From contig JBIJDH010000002.1 in assembly GCA_044344255.1 (NCBI GenBank), forward strand, positions 531,400-595,399: a stretch of 64,000 nucleotides of DNA, written 5' to 3'. This DNA comes from Myxococcota bacterium (lineage in GTDB: Bacteria > Myxococcota_A > UBA796 > UBA2385). Numbering within the stretch: position 1 is the first letter of the stretch; the number at the start of each line of letters is the position of its first letter. Made by a program: the position numbers and the translations under genes. Shown here in pieces: positions 1 through 10,266 of the stretch. Below the pieces are notes generated by a model. The model was given only the letters and a program-made list of their open reading frames with translations, was not told the DNA's origin and did no database searches.

Positions 1-412
1 GCCGGTCCGCAGCGTGCTGCAGGGGAAGCGCGTGGCGGTGATCGACGACTCCCTCGTGCGCGGGACCACCTCCCAGAAGATCGTCAAGCTGCTCCGCGAG
101 GCCGGCGCGGCCGAGGTCCACCTCCGCATCACCGCTCCGCCGACGACCGGCTCCTGCTTCTACGGGGTGGACACGCCCAACAAGGAGGAGCTGATCGCCC
201 ACCGGATGGACGTCGAGGGGATCCGCGCGTGGCTGGGGGCAGACTCCCTCGGCTACCTCTCCCTCGAGGGGCTGCGCCTCGTGGAGGGCGAACAACGCGG
301 GGAGTTCTGTGAGGCCTGCTTCTCGGGGGATTACCCCGTCGCGCCGGTCTCCGAGGTCGCCGAGGCCCAGGTGCCGCTCTTCGCGCGCGGAGACGACGGC
401 GGCGCGGCCTGA
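1..412 (+). CDS. purF: Amidophosphoribosyltransferase, C-terminal part (5' end outside window)
   Basis: PRPP-binding loop [31 protein letters not shown] and [11 protein letters not shown]e-S motif; frame open to window start. Confidence 0.95.
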   Translation, partial: PVRSVLQGKRVAVIDDSLVRGTTSQKIVKLLREAGAAEVHLRITAPPTTGSCFYGVDTPNKEELIAHRMDVEGIRAWLGADSLGYLSLEGLRLVEGEQRGEFCEACFSGDYPVAPVSEVAEAQVPLFARGDDGGAA

Positions 413-497
413 TCGGGCGCCGGTGTTCCGACAAATCGTGTCCGCGCGGGTGCCCGCGTTGCTATGATGCGCGCCTTGTGGTGGGGATGGGTGCGGC

Positions 498-3068
498 ATG
501 GGCAAGGTGATCGGAATCGACCTCGGGACCACCAACACCGCCGTCGCGGTCGTGATGGAGGGTCGGCCCCGGGTCCTCGAAGACGACAAGGGCTACAAGG
601 TGTTGCCCTCCTGCGTCTCCGTGAAGCCCGATGGGCGCTACATTGTGGGTCAGTCCGCCCGCAACCTCGTGATCACCGATCCCACGCGCACGGTCTACGC
701 GGTCAAGCGGCTCATGGGCCGACGCTTCGACAGCCCGGAGGTGACGGAGGCCCGGCGGCGAGTCGGCTACGCGATTCAGCCGGCGCCGGACGGTGGCTGT
801 CAGGTGGTGTTGGGCGGGGAGACCTACACCCCGGTCGAGATCTGCGCGCTGGTGCTGCAAGTGGCGAAGGGCATCGCCGAGAAGGCGCTGCACGACACGG
901 TCGACGAGGCCGTCATCACCGTCCCCGCCTACTTCAACCACCAGCAGCGAAACTCCACCCTCGAGGCCGCCCGCCTCGCCGGCCTCCGCTGCGAGCGGCT
1001 GTTGAACGAGCCCACCGCGGCTGCCCTCGCGTACGGCTTCCGCAAGGAGATCGAGCGCACGGTGGTCGTCTACGACCTCGGCGGCGGCACCTTTGACGTC
1101 AGCGTGCTCCACCTGTCAAAGGGGGTCTACGAGGTCCTCTCCACCAGCGGCGACACGTACCTGGGCGGCGAAGACTTCGACTTCCGCATCGTGGACTACC
1201 TCGCCAACCACTTCCAGTCGGACAACGCGGTCGACCTACGGCAGGACAAGACCAGCCTCCAGCGCCTGAAGGAGGCCGCTGAGCGCGCCAAGTGCGAGCT
1301 GTCCTTCACCGATCGCACCACCGTGCTGGTGCCGAAGATCACCGAGCGAGAGAACCTTGAGGTGGCCCTGTCCCGCCTCACCCTGGAGTCGCTGGTCAAG
1401 GACCTCATCGAGCGGACGGTCGAGGTCACCCGCGCCGCCGTGCAGGACGCCGGGCTGCAGCTCAGCCAGATCGAGGACGTCATCCTCGTCGGGGGGCAGA
1501 CCCGGATGCCCCGGGTGCGGGAGGCGATCAGCTCGCTCTTCCAGCGCGAGCCGAGCCGCACCGTCCACCCTGAAGAGGTCGTGGCGATTGGCGCGGCCGT
1601 CCATGCGGCCAGCCTCTCGGACTCCAACCTCGGCGCCACCGTCCTCCTCGACGTCACCCCCTTCGATCTCGGCATCGACGTGGCGGGCGGCCTCTTTCAG
1701 CCGGTGATCACCCGAAACAGCCACGTCCCGGCGGTTGGCACACGCACCTTCGCCACCGCCCACGACAACCAGGAGTCGGTGAAGGTGACCGTGCGGCAGG
1801 GAGAGAGCCGCTTCAGCGTCGAGAACGAATTCCTCGGGGAGTTCGTCATGAACGGCCTCACGGCGGCGCCGCGGATGCAGACGAAGGTCGATGTCCAGTT
1901 TCGCCTCGACAGCAATGGCATCCTGTTCATCACCTCCTCCGAGCAGGGGACGGGTGAGCGGAAGAAGGTCACGATCCGCAACTACGCCCAGGTCGCTCAG
2001 GGCGGCGGTCAGGCGCAGGTCGAGGTCGAAGGGGAGACCTCCGGGGCGGCCCAAAAGAGCCCCATCGCCACCGCGCCTGCGCCCGAGAAGGCCCCAAAGG
2101 GCGGGCTTGGCGCCATCGGCTTCTTGGACCGGATCTTTGGCCGCGGCAAGAAGGCGGGCGATCGTCCCACCTCCCAGGTGGCCCAGCCGGCCGCGCCGCC
2201 TCCCCTCGCGGAGGCCCCGGCGCCGGTCTTTGCGACCTATGAAGATCTCCCCGAGATGGACGCGCCAGAGGCCCTGCCCGACGACGCGCTCTTCGGGGAG
2301 GAGGCCGACCCACCCGAGGACTTCGGCGCGCTGGTCCCGCTCGACGAAGATGTACCGGCCTTTCCGCTAGACGGCTCCGATGAGGACGACGAGGGCCCGG
2401 AGCCGCTGCCGGTCGGCCTCCCCGCCTCCCGCGGCCCTGACCCCTACGCCCACGGTGGCGATGACCCCTTCGGCATCGGCGGCGGGGATGACGAGGGTGA
2501 CGACTCCTTCGCGATGCCCCTGGACGAGGAGGTCGGCTACGGGGCCGAAGAGAGCTGGGATCGGTCGCTCTCGGCGCCCCTCTCGCTGCCCGAGGACGAG
2601 CTCGAGCCGGAGCCAACGCCGCTGCCGCTGACCCCGCCTCCCGCAGCCGCCTCCCGCCCGGGCCCCTTGACGCCGGATCCCTTCGCCGATGAAGGCGAAG
2701 ACACCGACCTCCAACGCCTCCGTCGCCGCCCCCCCTCCGGTGACCGGTCCGCCCGCCGGAAGCCGGCGCGCCTCAAGCTCGCCTATCGGCGCGCTGACGC
2801 GATGGTGGTCGAGTACCTCGACAACCTCCGCCGAGGCGGTTGTTTCGTCAAGACCGAGAAGCCGCTCCCCGTGGGCCGCGAGTGCATCATCGAGGTTCGC
2901 TCCCCCGGGCTGCGGGAGCCCCTGCACATCGCGGGGGTGGTCTCCTGGTCGAGCGCCGATCAAGCCTCGCTGCCGCCCGGTCAGGCGGAGGGTATGGGCA
3001 TCGAGTACCGCCTCGACGAGGGCGGTCGGGAAGAGATCGTGCGCGTGCTCGAGGGCCTCGTCGGCTGA
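498..3068 (+). CDS. Hsp70/DnaK paralogue with acidic Pro-rich linker and C-terminal PilZ-like (TIGR02266-type) domain
   Basis: GIDLGTTN, TVPAYFN, NEPTAAALAYG, DLGGGTFDVS, LVGGQTRMP, linker VLLDVTP; C-terminus RRKPAR...YLDNLRRGGCFVKT...GMGIEY. Confidence 0.9.
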   Translation: MGKVIGIDLGTTNTAVAVVMEGRPRVLEDDKGYKVLPSCVSVKPDGRYIVGQSARNLVITDPTRTVYAVKRLMGRRFDSPEVTEARRRVGYAIQPAPDGGCQVVLGGETYTPVEICALVLQVAKGIAEKALHDTVDEAVITVPAYFNHQQRNSTLEAARLAGLRCERLLNEPTAAALAYGFRKEIERTVVVYDLGGGTFDVSVLHLSKGVYEVLSTSGDTYLGGEDFDFRIVDYLANHFQSDNAVDLRQDKTSLQRLKEAAERAKCELSFTDRTTVLVPKITERENLEVALSRLTLESLVKDLIERTVEVTRAAVQDAGLQLSQIEDVILVGGQTRMPRVREAISSLFQREPSRTVHPEEVVAIGAAVHAASLSDSNLGATVLLDVTPFDLGIDVAGGLFQPVITRNSHVPAVGTRTFATAHDNQESVKVTVRQGESRFSVENEFLGEFVMNGLTAAPRMQTKVDVQFRLDSNGILFITSSEQGTGERKKVTIRNYAQVAQGGGQAQVEVEGETSGAAQKSPIATAPAPEKAPKGGLGAIGFLDRIFGRGKKAGDRPTSQVAQPAAPPPLAEAPAPVFATYEDLPEMDAPEALPDDALFGEEADPPEDFGALVPLDEDVPAFPLDGSDEDDEGPEPLPVGLPASRGPDPYAHGGDDPFGIGGGDDEGDDSFAMPLDEEVGYGAEESWDRSLSAPLSLPEDELEPEPTPLPLTPPPAAASRPGPLTPDPFADEGEDTDLQRLRRRPPSGDRSARRKPARLKLAYRRADAMVVEYLDNLRRGGCFVKTEKPLPVGRECIIEVRSPGLREPLHIAGVVSWSSADQASLPPGQAEGMGIEYRLDEGGREEIVRVLEGLVG

Positions 3069-3081
3069 GCCGCGCTGCCCC

Positions 3082-3819
3082 TCAGACGGCGAGCCCGCCG
3101 TCTACAACCCACTCCTGCCCCGTGACGTAGGAGGCGAGGTCTGAGGCGAGGAAGGCCACCACGCGGGCCACCTCTTCGGGCCTGCCGACCCTGCGGAGCG
3201 GGGCCATCTCCTTGACGCCGTCGAGGATCCGAGGGTCCAGTGAGCGGGTCATGTCCGTGTCGATGAAGCCCGGGGCCACGCAGTTGACCCGAATGTTGCG
3301 CCGCCCGAGCTCCTTGGCCAGCGACCGGCTCATCGCGGAGATCCCAGCCTTGCTCGCGGCGTAGTTCGCTTGACCGGCGTTGCCACGCATACCAGAGACG
3401 CTGGTGAGGTTCACGATGACGCCTCGGCGCTGGCGAAGCATGATCTGCGCCGCGGCCCGGCACATTCGGAAGGTGGCGGTGAGGTTGGTGTCGAGGGTGG
3501 TAGACCACTCCTCGTCTGACATCCGCAGCAGCAGCGTGTCACGGGTCTGGCCCGCGTTGTTGACCACGATGTCGACCGAACCCAACGCTTCGGCGGCCGC
3601 GACGAGCGCCTGACAGCCCGCCTCGGTCGACACGTCGGCCTGGACGGCCACGCCGCCGATCTCCTCAGCGAGCTGAAGGGCCTCGGCGGCGCTCTTGTTG
3701 TAGTTCACGACCACCCGAGCGCCCGCTCGGGCGAGCTCGGTGGCGACGGCGCGTCCGATGCCCCGGCTGGCCCCGGTGACGATGGCCACCTTGCCGTTGA
3801 GATCGATGGTGACGGACAT
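3082..3819 (-). CDS. fabG: 3-oxoacyl-ACP reductase (SDR family)
   Basis: [27 protein letters not shown]; start placed at ATG 3819 (MSVTIDL). Confidence 0.88.
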   Translation of the reverse strand: MSVTIDLNGKVAIVTGASRGIGRAVATELARAGARVVVNYNKSAAEALQLAEEIGGVAVQADVSTEAGCQALVAAAEALGSVDIVVNNAGQTRDTLLLRMSDEEWSTTLDTNLTATFRMCRAAAQIMLRQRRGVIVNLTSVSGMRGNAGQANYAASKAGISAMSRSLAKELGRRNIRVNCVAPGFIDTDMTRSLDPRILDGVKEMAPLRRVGRPEEVARVVAFLASDLASYVTGQEWVVDGGLAV

Positions 3820-3866
3820 CCTGGCCCCCGGGAGAGGGGGCGGTGGCCCGCCCCCGCTCGATCGCA

Positions 3867-4445
3867 TCACTTCTTGGTGTTGACTCGGGTCACGTACTCA
3901 CCCGTGCGGGTGTCGACCTGGATGACCTCGCCCGACTCCAGGAAGAGGGGGACCTTCACGGTCGCGCCGCAGGCGAGCTTGGCCAGCTTGGTGGCGCCGG
4001 TGGCGGTGTTGCCGCGCACGCCCGGCTCGCACTCCACGATCTCGGAGACGATGAAGTTCGGCAGTGTGATGCTGACCGGGTTGCCCTTGTAGAAGAGCAC
4101 GGAGACGTCGAGGTTCTCCGTGAGGTAGGGGCTCTCCTCAGTGAGCTTCTCGTTCGTGATCGCGATCTGCGTGTAGGTCTCGTTGTTCATGAAGTGATGG
4201 AATTCGGCGTCCGAGTACAGGAACTGCATCGGCTGCTCCTCGACGTCCGCCGCCTCGAGGCGCTCACCGGTGCGGTAGGTCCGCTCGATGATGTTGCCGT
4301 TGAACATGTTCTTCAGCTTCGTGCGCGTGAAGGCAGTCCCCTTGCCGGGCTTCACGAACTGGAAGTAGATCATCGAGAACGGAGCGCCGTCGATCTCGAC
4401 CTTGATGCCGTTGCGGAATTCCGAAGTTTCGTAGCTGCCGGCCAT
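3867..4445 (-). CDS. efp: Elongation factor P (Lys-type loop PGKG)
   Basis: [50 protein letters not shown] at 4445. Confidence 0.96.
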   Translation of the reverse strand: MAGSYETSEFRNGIKVEIDGAPFSMIYFQFVKPGKGTAFTRTKLKNMFNGNIIERTYRTGERLEAADVEEQPMQFLYSDAEFHHFMNNETYTQIAITNEKLTEESPYLTENLDVSVLFYKGNPVSITLPNFIVSEIVECEPGVRGNTATGATKLAKLACGATVKVPLFLESGEVIQVDTRTGEYVTRVNTKK

Positions 4446-4665
4446 GGTGTACTCCGAGGGAGGATGCGCCAGTCCGTCGCGGGCAGGGCGCAGGTGCCTC
4501 GCCGACTGGCGGTGGAGCGGAGGGGACGGCGGCTTGGCTAACCTGCTCGCCCGGTCGGAGACGAGGCCAGCGGAGGTGACAGAAGAGGGACAGCCTCCAT
4601 CCTGTGGGGGGGGCTGTGCGGGAGAGTCGAGCTCCGATACCATCGCCTACGCATTGGGAGCCCGG

Positions 4666-6384
4666 ATGGCTGTACGTCGCGCGACGCGGACCTGGACTGA
4701 CCTCGCCGCATTCTTGGAGGACTTGAACGGCTCGCTCGCCGCGGGGGCGGTGCTCCTGCCGGCAGGCACCGTGGACGGCGAGCTCGCGCCCGAGGTCAAG
4801 CTGGACTTCGTCGTGCCGGTGATCGGCCGGGTCGGGCCGATCAGCGCCCAAGTGGTCCACCGGGGCGCGGACGGCAGCGTGGCGCTCCGCCTCCCGGAGC
4901 TCGAGGCTGAAGGTGCCGCCTTGAAGCGGCTGCCCGAGGCGATCGAGCTCATCCGAGTTCATCTGCTCGACACTGGCGCGCTCGTCCTGCCGACGAAAAC
5001 GGCTGACCTCGCGCGGCGGCTCGCCGAAGCCGAGGCGCGGATCGTGGCCCTCGAGGCCGAGCTCGCGACCGGTGGGGGTGTCGGCCGGAGGGGAGGCGCC
5101 GAGGGTGAGACAGCGCCCGCCCGCAGCGCGTCGTCGCCTGAACGCCGGGGGAGGGGCTTCGCCGTCCCAGACCTCCAAGGGGTGGCGCCGGCTCTGGAGG
5201 GGAAGCTGGGCGATCGGAGCTTTCGCGACGCCATCGTCCAGCTCGCGGTGGAGCGCGTCGGGGGCCTGTTCACGATCCACACGGCCGACGGGCGGGTTCG
5301 GTACGGCTTTTGGGACAAGGGCGGACCGGTCGCCTGGCGCACGGATCCGGTGCAGGAGGCCGAGGTCTTGGGGGTCCTGCTGCTCAAGGCAAACCAGATC
5401 ACCCAGGAGCAGCTGAGCGAGAGCCTCGAGCTGATGAAGCTGCACGGCATTCGCCAGGGGGAGGCCTTCATCCAGATGAACGTCCTCACCTTCACTCAGC
5501 TCATCATGGTGTTGGGCAAGCAGGTCGAGTTCCTCTTGCAGCGCGTGATGGCCGAAAAGGAGGGGAGCTGGACCTTCCACCCGCTTGAACAGCACACCGA
5601 GCAGTTCCTCCCGCCCCCGCTGAAGGTGCCCTCGCTCCTGTTTCGTGCCCTCCTGCAGCGCGCGGCCGAGTTCCGGTCGGAAGTGCTGGTCAACGCCCAC
5701 AAGCCGAACCTCGACTCCTACGTCTACGTCGCGCCGGATGTGAAGCCGATCCTGGACGACATTCGTATGCAGCCGGTGGAGAAGAAGTTCCTGGAGGTGC
5801 TTCAGAGCACCGCTTGGCGACTTCGCGAGCTGTTCAGCGTGTCGCCGATGTCCCGAAACCAGACCGCCTCGATGGTATGGGTCATGAACGAGCTCGGCTT
5901 CCTCGTCTACGACGCACGTCAGGACGTGCAGCGCTACCTGGCCGAGGTGGGGTTGCTCATCCAGCGCAAGAAGGCCCAGCTGAACAAGGCCACGCACTTC
6001 GACGCCCTTGAGGTCCACTGGATCTCGACCCCAGAGGAGGTCGAAGCCGGCTTCAAGAAGCTCGACACGGAGTTCAACCCTTCGAGCTTCCATGATCTGA
6101 CGCCGGAGCTTGCGGCAGACCTCCAGCACATCTCGAAGCGGGTGCGAGAGGCGCACGCGGTGCTGAAGGACGACAACTCTCGGCGGGAGTACCGAAAGAA
6201 GATCATCGAGGGCTTCATGATCGTCCAGTCCGCGGAGCTGCTCGCCCGAAAGGGTGAGATGGCGATCATGCGCAAGGACCGGCGTGAGGCCGTCACCTGC
6301 TTCCTGAAGGCCCTTGAGCTCGTGCCCGGCGGCGCCGAATATCGCGAGGGCCTCCGTCGGTCGCAGGAGGTCATGGCGAGCTAG
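4666..6384 (+). CDS. Multidomain protein: PilZ-like N-terminus, coiled coil, DUF4388-like region, degenerate J-domain, C-terminal TPR
   Basis: LEGKLGDRSFRDAIVQL...GGLFTI (DUF4388-like); THFDALEV...EEVEAGFKKL...REAHAVLKDDNSRREYR (J-like); AVTCFLKALELVP (TPR); ATG 4666 after GGGAG. Confidence 0.7.
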   Translation: MAVRRATRTWTDLAAFLEDLNGSLAAGAVLLPAGTVDGELAPEVKLDFVVPVIGRVGPISAQVVHRGADGSVALRLPELEAEGAALKRLPEAIELIRVHLLDTGALVLPTKTADLARRLAEAEARIVALEAELATGGGVGRRGGAEGETAPARSASSPERRGRGFAVPDLQGVAPALEGKLGDRSFRDAIVQLAVERVGGLFTIHTADGRVRYGFWDKGGPVAWRTDPVQEAEVLGVLLLKANQITQEQLSESLELMKLHGIRQGEAFIQMNVLTFTQLIMVLGKQVEFLLQRVMAEKEGSWTFHPLEQHTEQFLPPPLKVPSLLFRALLQRAAEFRSEVLVNAHKPNLDSYVYVAPDVKPILDDIRMQPVEKKFLEVLQSTAWRLRELFSVSPMSRNQTASMVWVMNELGFLVYDARQDVQRYLAEVGLLIQRKKAQLNKATHFDALEVHWISTPEEVEAGFKKLDTEFNPSSFHDLTPELAADLQHISKRVREAHAVLKDDNSRREYRKKIIEGFMIVQSAELLARKGEMAIMRKDRREAVTCFLKALELVPGGAEYREGLRRSQEVMAS

Positions 6385-6409
6385 GCCAGGGTGGGGTGGC
6401 CAAAACGAA

Positions 6410-6443
6410 GAGGGCCCGGCCACCGATGGTGTGCCGGGCCCTC
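6410..6443. terminator. GC-rich hairpin between convergent genes, possible bidirectional terminator
   Basis: GAGGGCCCGGC-CACC-gat-GGTG-t-GCCGGGCCCTC. Confidence 0.6.
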
Positions 6444-6480
6444 CCTTCACTGAGCGGATGCGCTCAGCGGTGCTGGCTCG

Positions 6481-7794
6481 TCAGTGGCCGCGATGGGCCT
6501 GGCTCGAGGGCAGCACATGCACATGGTCCGGATCCGGGGCGAGGAAGGGGTCGCTCACCACGATGGGCGGGACCTTGCTCAGGAAGCCGACCACCACGAG
6601 GATAAAGGCCCCAAGGAAGCCGAGGGTCATCCCGATCTCGCCGATGCCGAGGGGGAGGGTCTCCTCCTTCCAGACAGCCGGCATCACCACGAGGAAGCGC
6701 TCCAGCCAGATGCCCGTCGCGATGATGAAGGTGACGAGCAGGTAGGCCGGCGGGCTCTTCTTCAGGCCGCGCGAGAGCAGCATCGTCCAGGGCACCAGGA
6801 AGCAGAGCATGATGACGACCTTCGAGAGGGTCGCCCAGGGCTGCAGCTCGGTGCGAAGCAGGATGAAGCCGATCTCTTCGGTCATGTTGCCGTACCAGAT
6901 GGGCAGGTACTGAGCGAAGAGGGTGTAGGCCCAGAACATCGTCATGCCGAAGGTGAGCTTGCCGAGGTCATGGTACACGTTCGGGGTGAGCAGCTTCGTC
7001 GCCCCCATCCACTTGCGGAGGATGGTGGAGAACATGCCCAGGTACACGAGGCCGCTCCAGATGCAGCTCATGAAGTACCAGGCTGGGAACATGTTCGCGT
7101 ACCAGTGCGGAGTCAGGCTCATCGAGATGTCGATGGCCACCATCGACCACACGAGCGCGTAGGTCACGGCCACGGCCGGCGCGAGACGGGCCTGTCGTTC
7201 AGTGGAAGCCGCGATCTCGGCCGCTTCACCCTGCCAGCCGGCCGTCAGGCGACCCCACCAAGCCGGAGCCTTGTCACCGAGGCGGGCCGCGGCGTACCCA
7301 AGGTCGGACCGGAGGCTAGCGCGAATGAACAGCAGATCGAGGACCAGCAGGAGGCCGATGCCGACCACCTGTCGTGCGACGAAGAAGGTGGGGTTGAGGT
7401 AGATCGCCTTGTGCGGCGGCGCCTCGGCTTCGGTCCAGTGGAACCACTCGTAGGCGTTGAGGCCCCCTCCGAGCAGGAACACGATGAGCAGGATGTACAT
7501 CGGGATGAGGAAGAGGCCGAAGGCCTCCGCCATCCGCTTGAGCGGCCGGGGCCACCGTCCCTTGGTGATCGCGCTGATGCAGGCCAGCATGAAGCCGCCC
7601 TGCGCAATGCCACCAAAGTAGAGGAAGTTCACGATGAAGGCCCCGCGCTCTCGGTCGGGGTGCGTCATGAACCCGTACGCGGCGGACAACACGCCGATGA
7701 CGACGAGGGCGATGCCGCCGAACTTCGCTGCGGCGGGCATCGGACGCGGGGTGGTCGCGATGATGGAGCTGGTGTCGGGTGCGTGGTTTCCCAT
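6481..7794 (-). CDS. actF: Alternative complex III membrane subunit F
   Basis: About 10 TM helices, MSLTPHWYANMF, HDLGKLTFG, QYLPIWYGNMTEE; last gene of act operon. Confidence 0.88.
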   Translation of the reverse strand: MGNHAPDTSSIIATTPRPMPAAAKFGGIALVVIGVLSAAYGFMTHPDRERGAFIVNFLYFGGIAQGGFMLACISAITKGRWPRPLKRMAEAFGLFLIPMYILLIVFLLGGGLNAYEWFHWTEAEAPPHKAIYLNPTFFVARQVVGIGLLLVLDLLFIRASLRSDLGYAAARLGDKAPAWWGRLTAGWQGEAAEIAASTERQARLAPAVAVTYALVWSMVAIDISMSLTPHWYANMFPAWYFMSCIWSGLVYLGMFSTILRKWMGATKLLTPNVYHDLGKLTFGMTMFWAYTLFAQYLPIWYGNMTEEIGFILLRTELQPWATLSKVVIMLCFLVPWTMLLSRGLKKSPPAYLLVTFIIATGIWLERFLVVMPAVWKEETLPLGIGEIGMTLGFLGAFILVVVGFLSKVPPIVVSDPFLAPDPDHVHVLPSSQAHRGH

Positions 7795-7797
7795 GGC

Positions 7798-8376
7798 TCA
7801 GTTCCCCGCCGGCGGAGTGGTGACCGCGGGCGTCGGCGCCTGGTACGCAGCGCCGTTCAAGGTGCGGACGTAGTGGACGATCGCCCACATCTCCTCGTCA
7901 TCCATCGCCGCGTCATAAGCCGGCATGATCTTGGACCGGCTGCCGTTGCGGATGGTCAGGTAGACATGACCGTCTGTCTGCCGAGAGACGCGGGCGTTCG
8001 GGCCGGACAGGACGTTGATGACCGGGATCGGGAAGCGCTTCTTCCCCTCCGTGTTGTCCATCACCGTGCCCTCGCCCGCCCCGGTCGCGCCGTGGCAAGG
8101 CGTGCAGTACACGTTGTACAGCACCTGCCCCTTGGCTTGGGTCGCGGCGTCATCGGGCAGCGGGTTGGTGAGCGCCTGCCCTTCCGGGGTGGCGATGTCG
8201 TACTGCTGAACGTAGCGGTTCTGCGAGACGACGCCTTCCGGGAGGGTCATCATGACCCACTCGTAGGCCTTGAAGAAGTAGGAATCGACCATGTCGATGT
8301 CCCAGGGCAAGGCTGAGGCCGCACCGGAGGCCAGCAGCCCCGCGACGACGCCGAGCAGCACACGCTTCTTACGCAT
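7798..8376 (-). CDS. actE: Alternative complex III monoheme cytochrome c subunit E
   Basis: Signal peptide, CTPCH, distal MPAY, WAIVHYVRTL. Confidence 0.85.
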   Translation of the reverse strand: MRKKRVLLGVVAGLLASGAASALPWDIDMVDSYFFKAYEWVMMTLPEGVVSQNRYVQQYDIATPEGQALTNPLPDDAATQAKGQVLYNVYCTPCHGATGAGEGTVMDNTEGKKRFPIPVINVLSGPNARVSRQTDGHVYLTIRNGSRSKIMPAYDAAMDDEEMWAIVHYVRTLNGAAYQAPTPAVTTPPAGN

Positions 8377-8935
8377 GAGCCGCCTCCATGCCGGTCACTT
8401 CGGAGGCGCCGGCGGAGTGAAGGATGGACCGGACCTTGGCGGCGTCGGCGGGAGAGAGACCATTGACCACCAGCCCGAACACATCGTCGCTGAACCGGGG
8501 GTCGGTGACCTCGTACTGGAGGTTGTTGGCCGGCAGCCCACACATGATGATCATTCCGATCAGCGTGAAGAGGCAACCCATCATGATCGTGGCCTCGAAG
8601 GTGATCACGATGAAGGCCGGGATGGACACCAGCGGCTTTCCCGCTGGGATGATCATCGGCCAATTAAGGTGGGTCAACGAGGCCGTGAGGAAGCCAGACG
8701 TCCCCCCGAACAGCGCGCCACACATCGTGAACCACCGGATCGGGCTCGGGCGGCCCTCGTAGAGCTGCTCCTCGATCTCGTGTCGGGGGAGGGGAGAGGT
8801 CACCACCAGGTTCTTGTGGAAGCCCGCCTTCTTCAGGAGATCGATGGCCTCGATGAGGCAGTCGAGCTCAGGAAAGACGCTCTTGAGGGAGCCTGGGGTG
8901 GGGCCCGGAGGGGGACCGAAGGGGTTCGGGATCAT
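8369..8935 (-). CDS. actD: Alternative complex III subunit D (DUF3341-like)
   Basis: Two TMs, GKPLVSIPAFIVITFE, DPRFSDDVFGL; overlaps actC and actE. Confidence 0.85.
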   Translation of the reverse strand: MIPNPFGPPPGPTPGSLKSVFPELDCLIEAIDLLKKAGFHKNLVVTSPLPRHEIEEQLYEGRPSPIRWFTMCGALFGGTSGFLTASLTHLNWPMIIPAGKPLVSIPAFIVITFEATIMMGCLFTLIGMIIMCGLPANNLQYEVTDPRFSDDVFGLVVNGLSPADAAKVRSILHSAGASEVTGMEAAHA

Positions 8936-10257
8936 GCCGCCACCTCATCGCTCTTGAGCGGGGGACGAACGAGCTCCTTGATCTCCGCGATGGCGACCGC
9001 GGGGAGCACCTTGCAGAAGGCCGTGAACCAGAAGAAGAACCAGCCGAAGCTCCCGATGAGGATTCCGATCTCCACCCAAGTCGGGGTGTAGTAGGTCCAG
9101 GAGTTGGGGTCGAACTGGTGGGCCAGGGAGCTCGCGATGATGTTGAATCGCTCGAACCACATGCCGATGTTGATGACAATCGAGACGACGAACAGCGCCA
9201 CGTAGTTGGTCCGCATCTTCTTGAACCACCACACGAGCGGGATGATGCAGTTGCACGCCGCCATCATCCAGAACACCCACCAATAGTCTCCGGTGATGCG
9301 GTACACGAAGATGTCCCACTCGTACTTGTTGTCCGAGTAGTAGGCGACGTAGTGCTCCATCCCGTAGGCGTAGGTGAGGATGCCGCCGGTGAGGAGGCAC
9401 ATCTTGGCCAGGTGCTCGAAGTGCCAGAGGTTGATGTACTTCTCGAGGCTGAACAGCTTGGACAGGGGGAGCAGGATGGTGATGACCATCGCGCAGCCGG
9501 AGAAGATGGCACCGCCGACGAAGTAGGGAGGGAACAGCGTGGAGTGCCAACCGGCGGTCTGTGCCATCGCGAAGTCCCAGGACACCACCGAGTGCACCGA
9601 CAACACCAGCGGGGTCGCGAAAGCCGCGAAGAAGCCGTAGGCCGCCATGTAGTGGCGCCACTGCCGATCCGTGCCACGCCAGCCGATCGCGAGGGCCTTG
9701 TAGACCTCATGAATCGCACCCTTGGTGCGGTCCCGAATCGCAGCGATGTCAGGGACGAGGCCGATGTAGAAGAAGATGGTGGACACGGTGAAGTACGTCG
9801 AGACCGCGAACACGTCCCACATCAGCGGCGACTTGAAGTTCTGCCAGAGCTGCCGCTGGTTGGGGTACGGGAACAGCCAGTAGGCGTTCCAAGCTCGCCC
9901 GACGTGGATGGCCGGAAAGAGGGCGGCGGTCATGACGCCGAAGATCGTAGAGGCCTCCGCCGCACGGTAGATGCCCGTTCGCCACTTCGACCGGAAGAGG
10001 AAGAGGATCGCGGAGATCAGGGTGCCAGCGTGGCCGATGCCGATCCAGAACACGAAGGTCGTGATGTAGACGCCCCAGAAGACCGGAGGGGCGTAGCCCG
10101 CGGTTCCCAGACCGTAGGTGAGCTGGTACAACCAGCAGAAGCCGCCCCAGCCCAGGGCCGCGACGCACAGCCCCATCAGGCTCCAATAGGCCATCGAGGG
10201 CTTGAAGAGAGGGCGCAGGATGTCACGTGTGACTGCGCCGTAGGTCAGGCCTTTCAC
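8932..10257 (-). CDS. actC: Alternative complex III quinol-binding NrfD/PsrC-family subunit C
   Basis: WGVYITTFVFWIGIGHAGTLISAIL, NFKSPLMWDVFAVSTY, PLVLSVHSVVSWDFA, GWHSTLFPPYFV, GMWFERF. Confidence 0.93.
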   Translation of the reverse strand: MKGLTYGAVTRDILRPLFKPSMAYWSLMGLCVAALGWGGFCWLYQLTYGLGTAGYAPPVFWGVYITTFVFWIGIGHAGTLISAILFLFRSKWRTGIYRAAEASTIFGVMTAALFPAIHVGRAWNAYWLFPYPNQRQLWQNFKSPLMWDVFAVSTYFTVSTIFFYIGLVPDIAAIRDRTKGAIHEVYKALAIGWRGTDRQWRHYMAAYGFFAAFATPLVLSVHSVVSWDFAMAQTAGWHSTLFPPYFVGGAIFSGCAMVITILLPLSKLFSLEKYINLWHFEHLAKMCLLTGGILTYAYGMEHYVAYYSDNKYEWDIFVYRITGDYWWVFWMMAACNCIIPLVWWFKKMRTNYVALFVVSIVINIGMWFERFNIIASSLAHQFDPNSWTYYTPTWVEIGILIGSFGWFFFWFTAFCKVLPAVAIAEIKELVRPPLKSDEVAA

Positions 10258-10266
10258 GGTGCGCTC

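Noticed and set aside
4264..8316. Long ORFs 4264-6450 (-) and 6484-8316 (+)
   Set aside because: Antisense to well-supported genes
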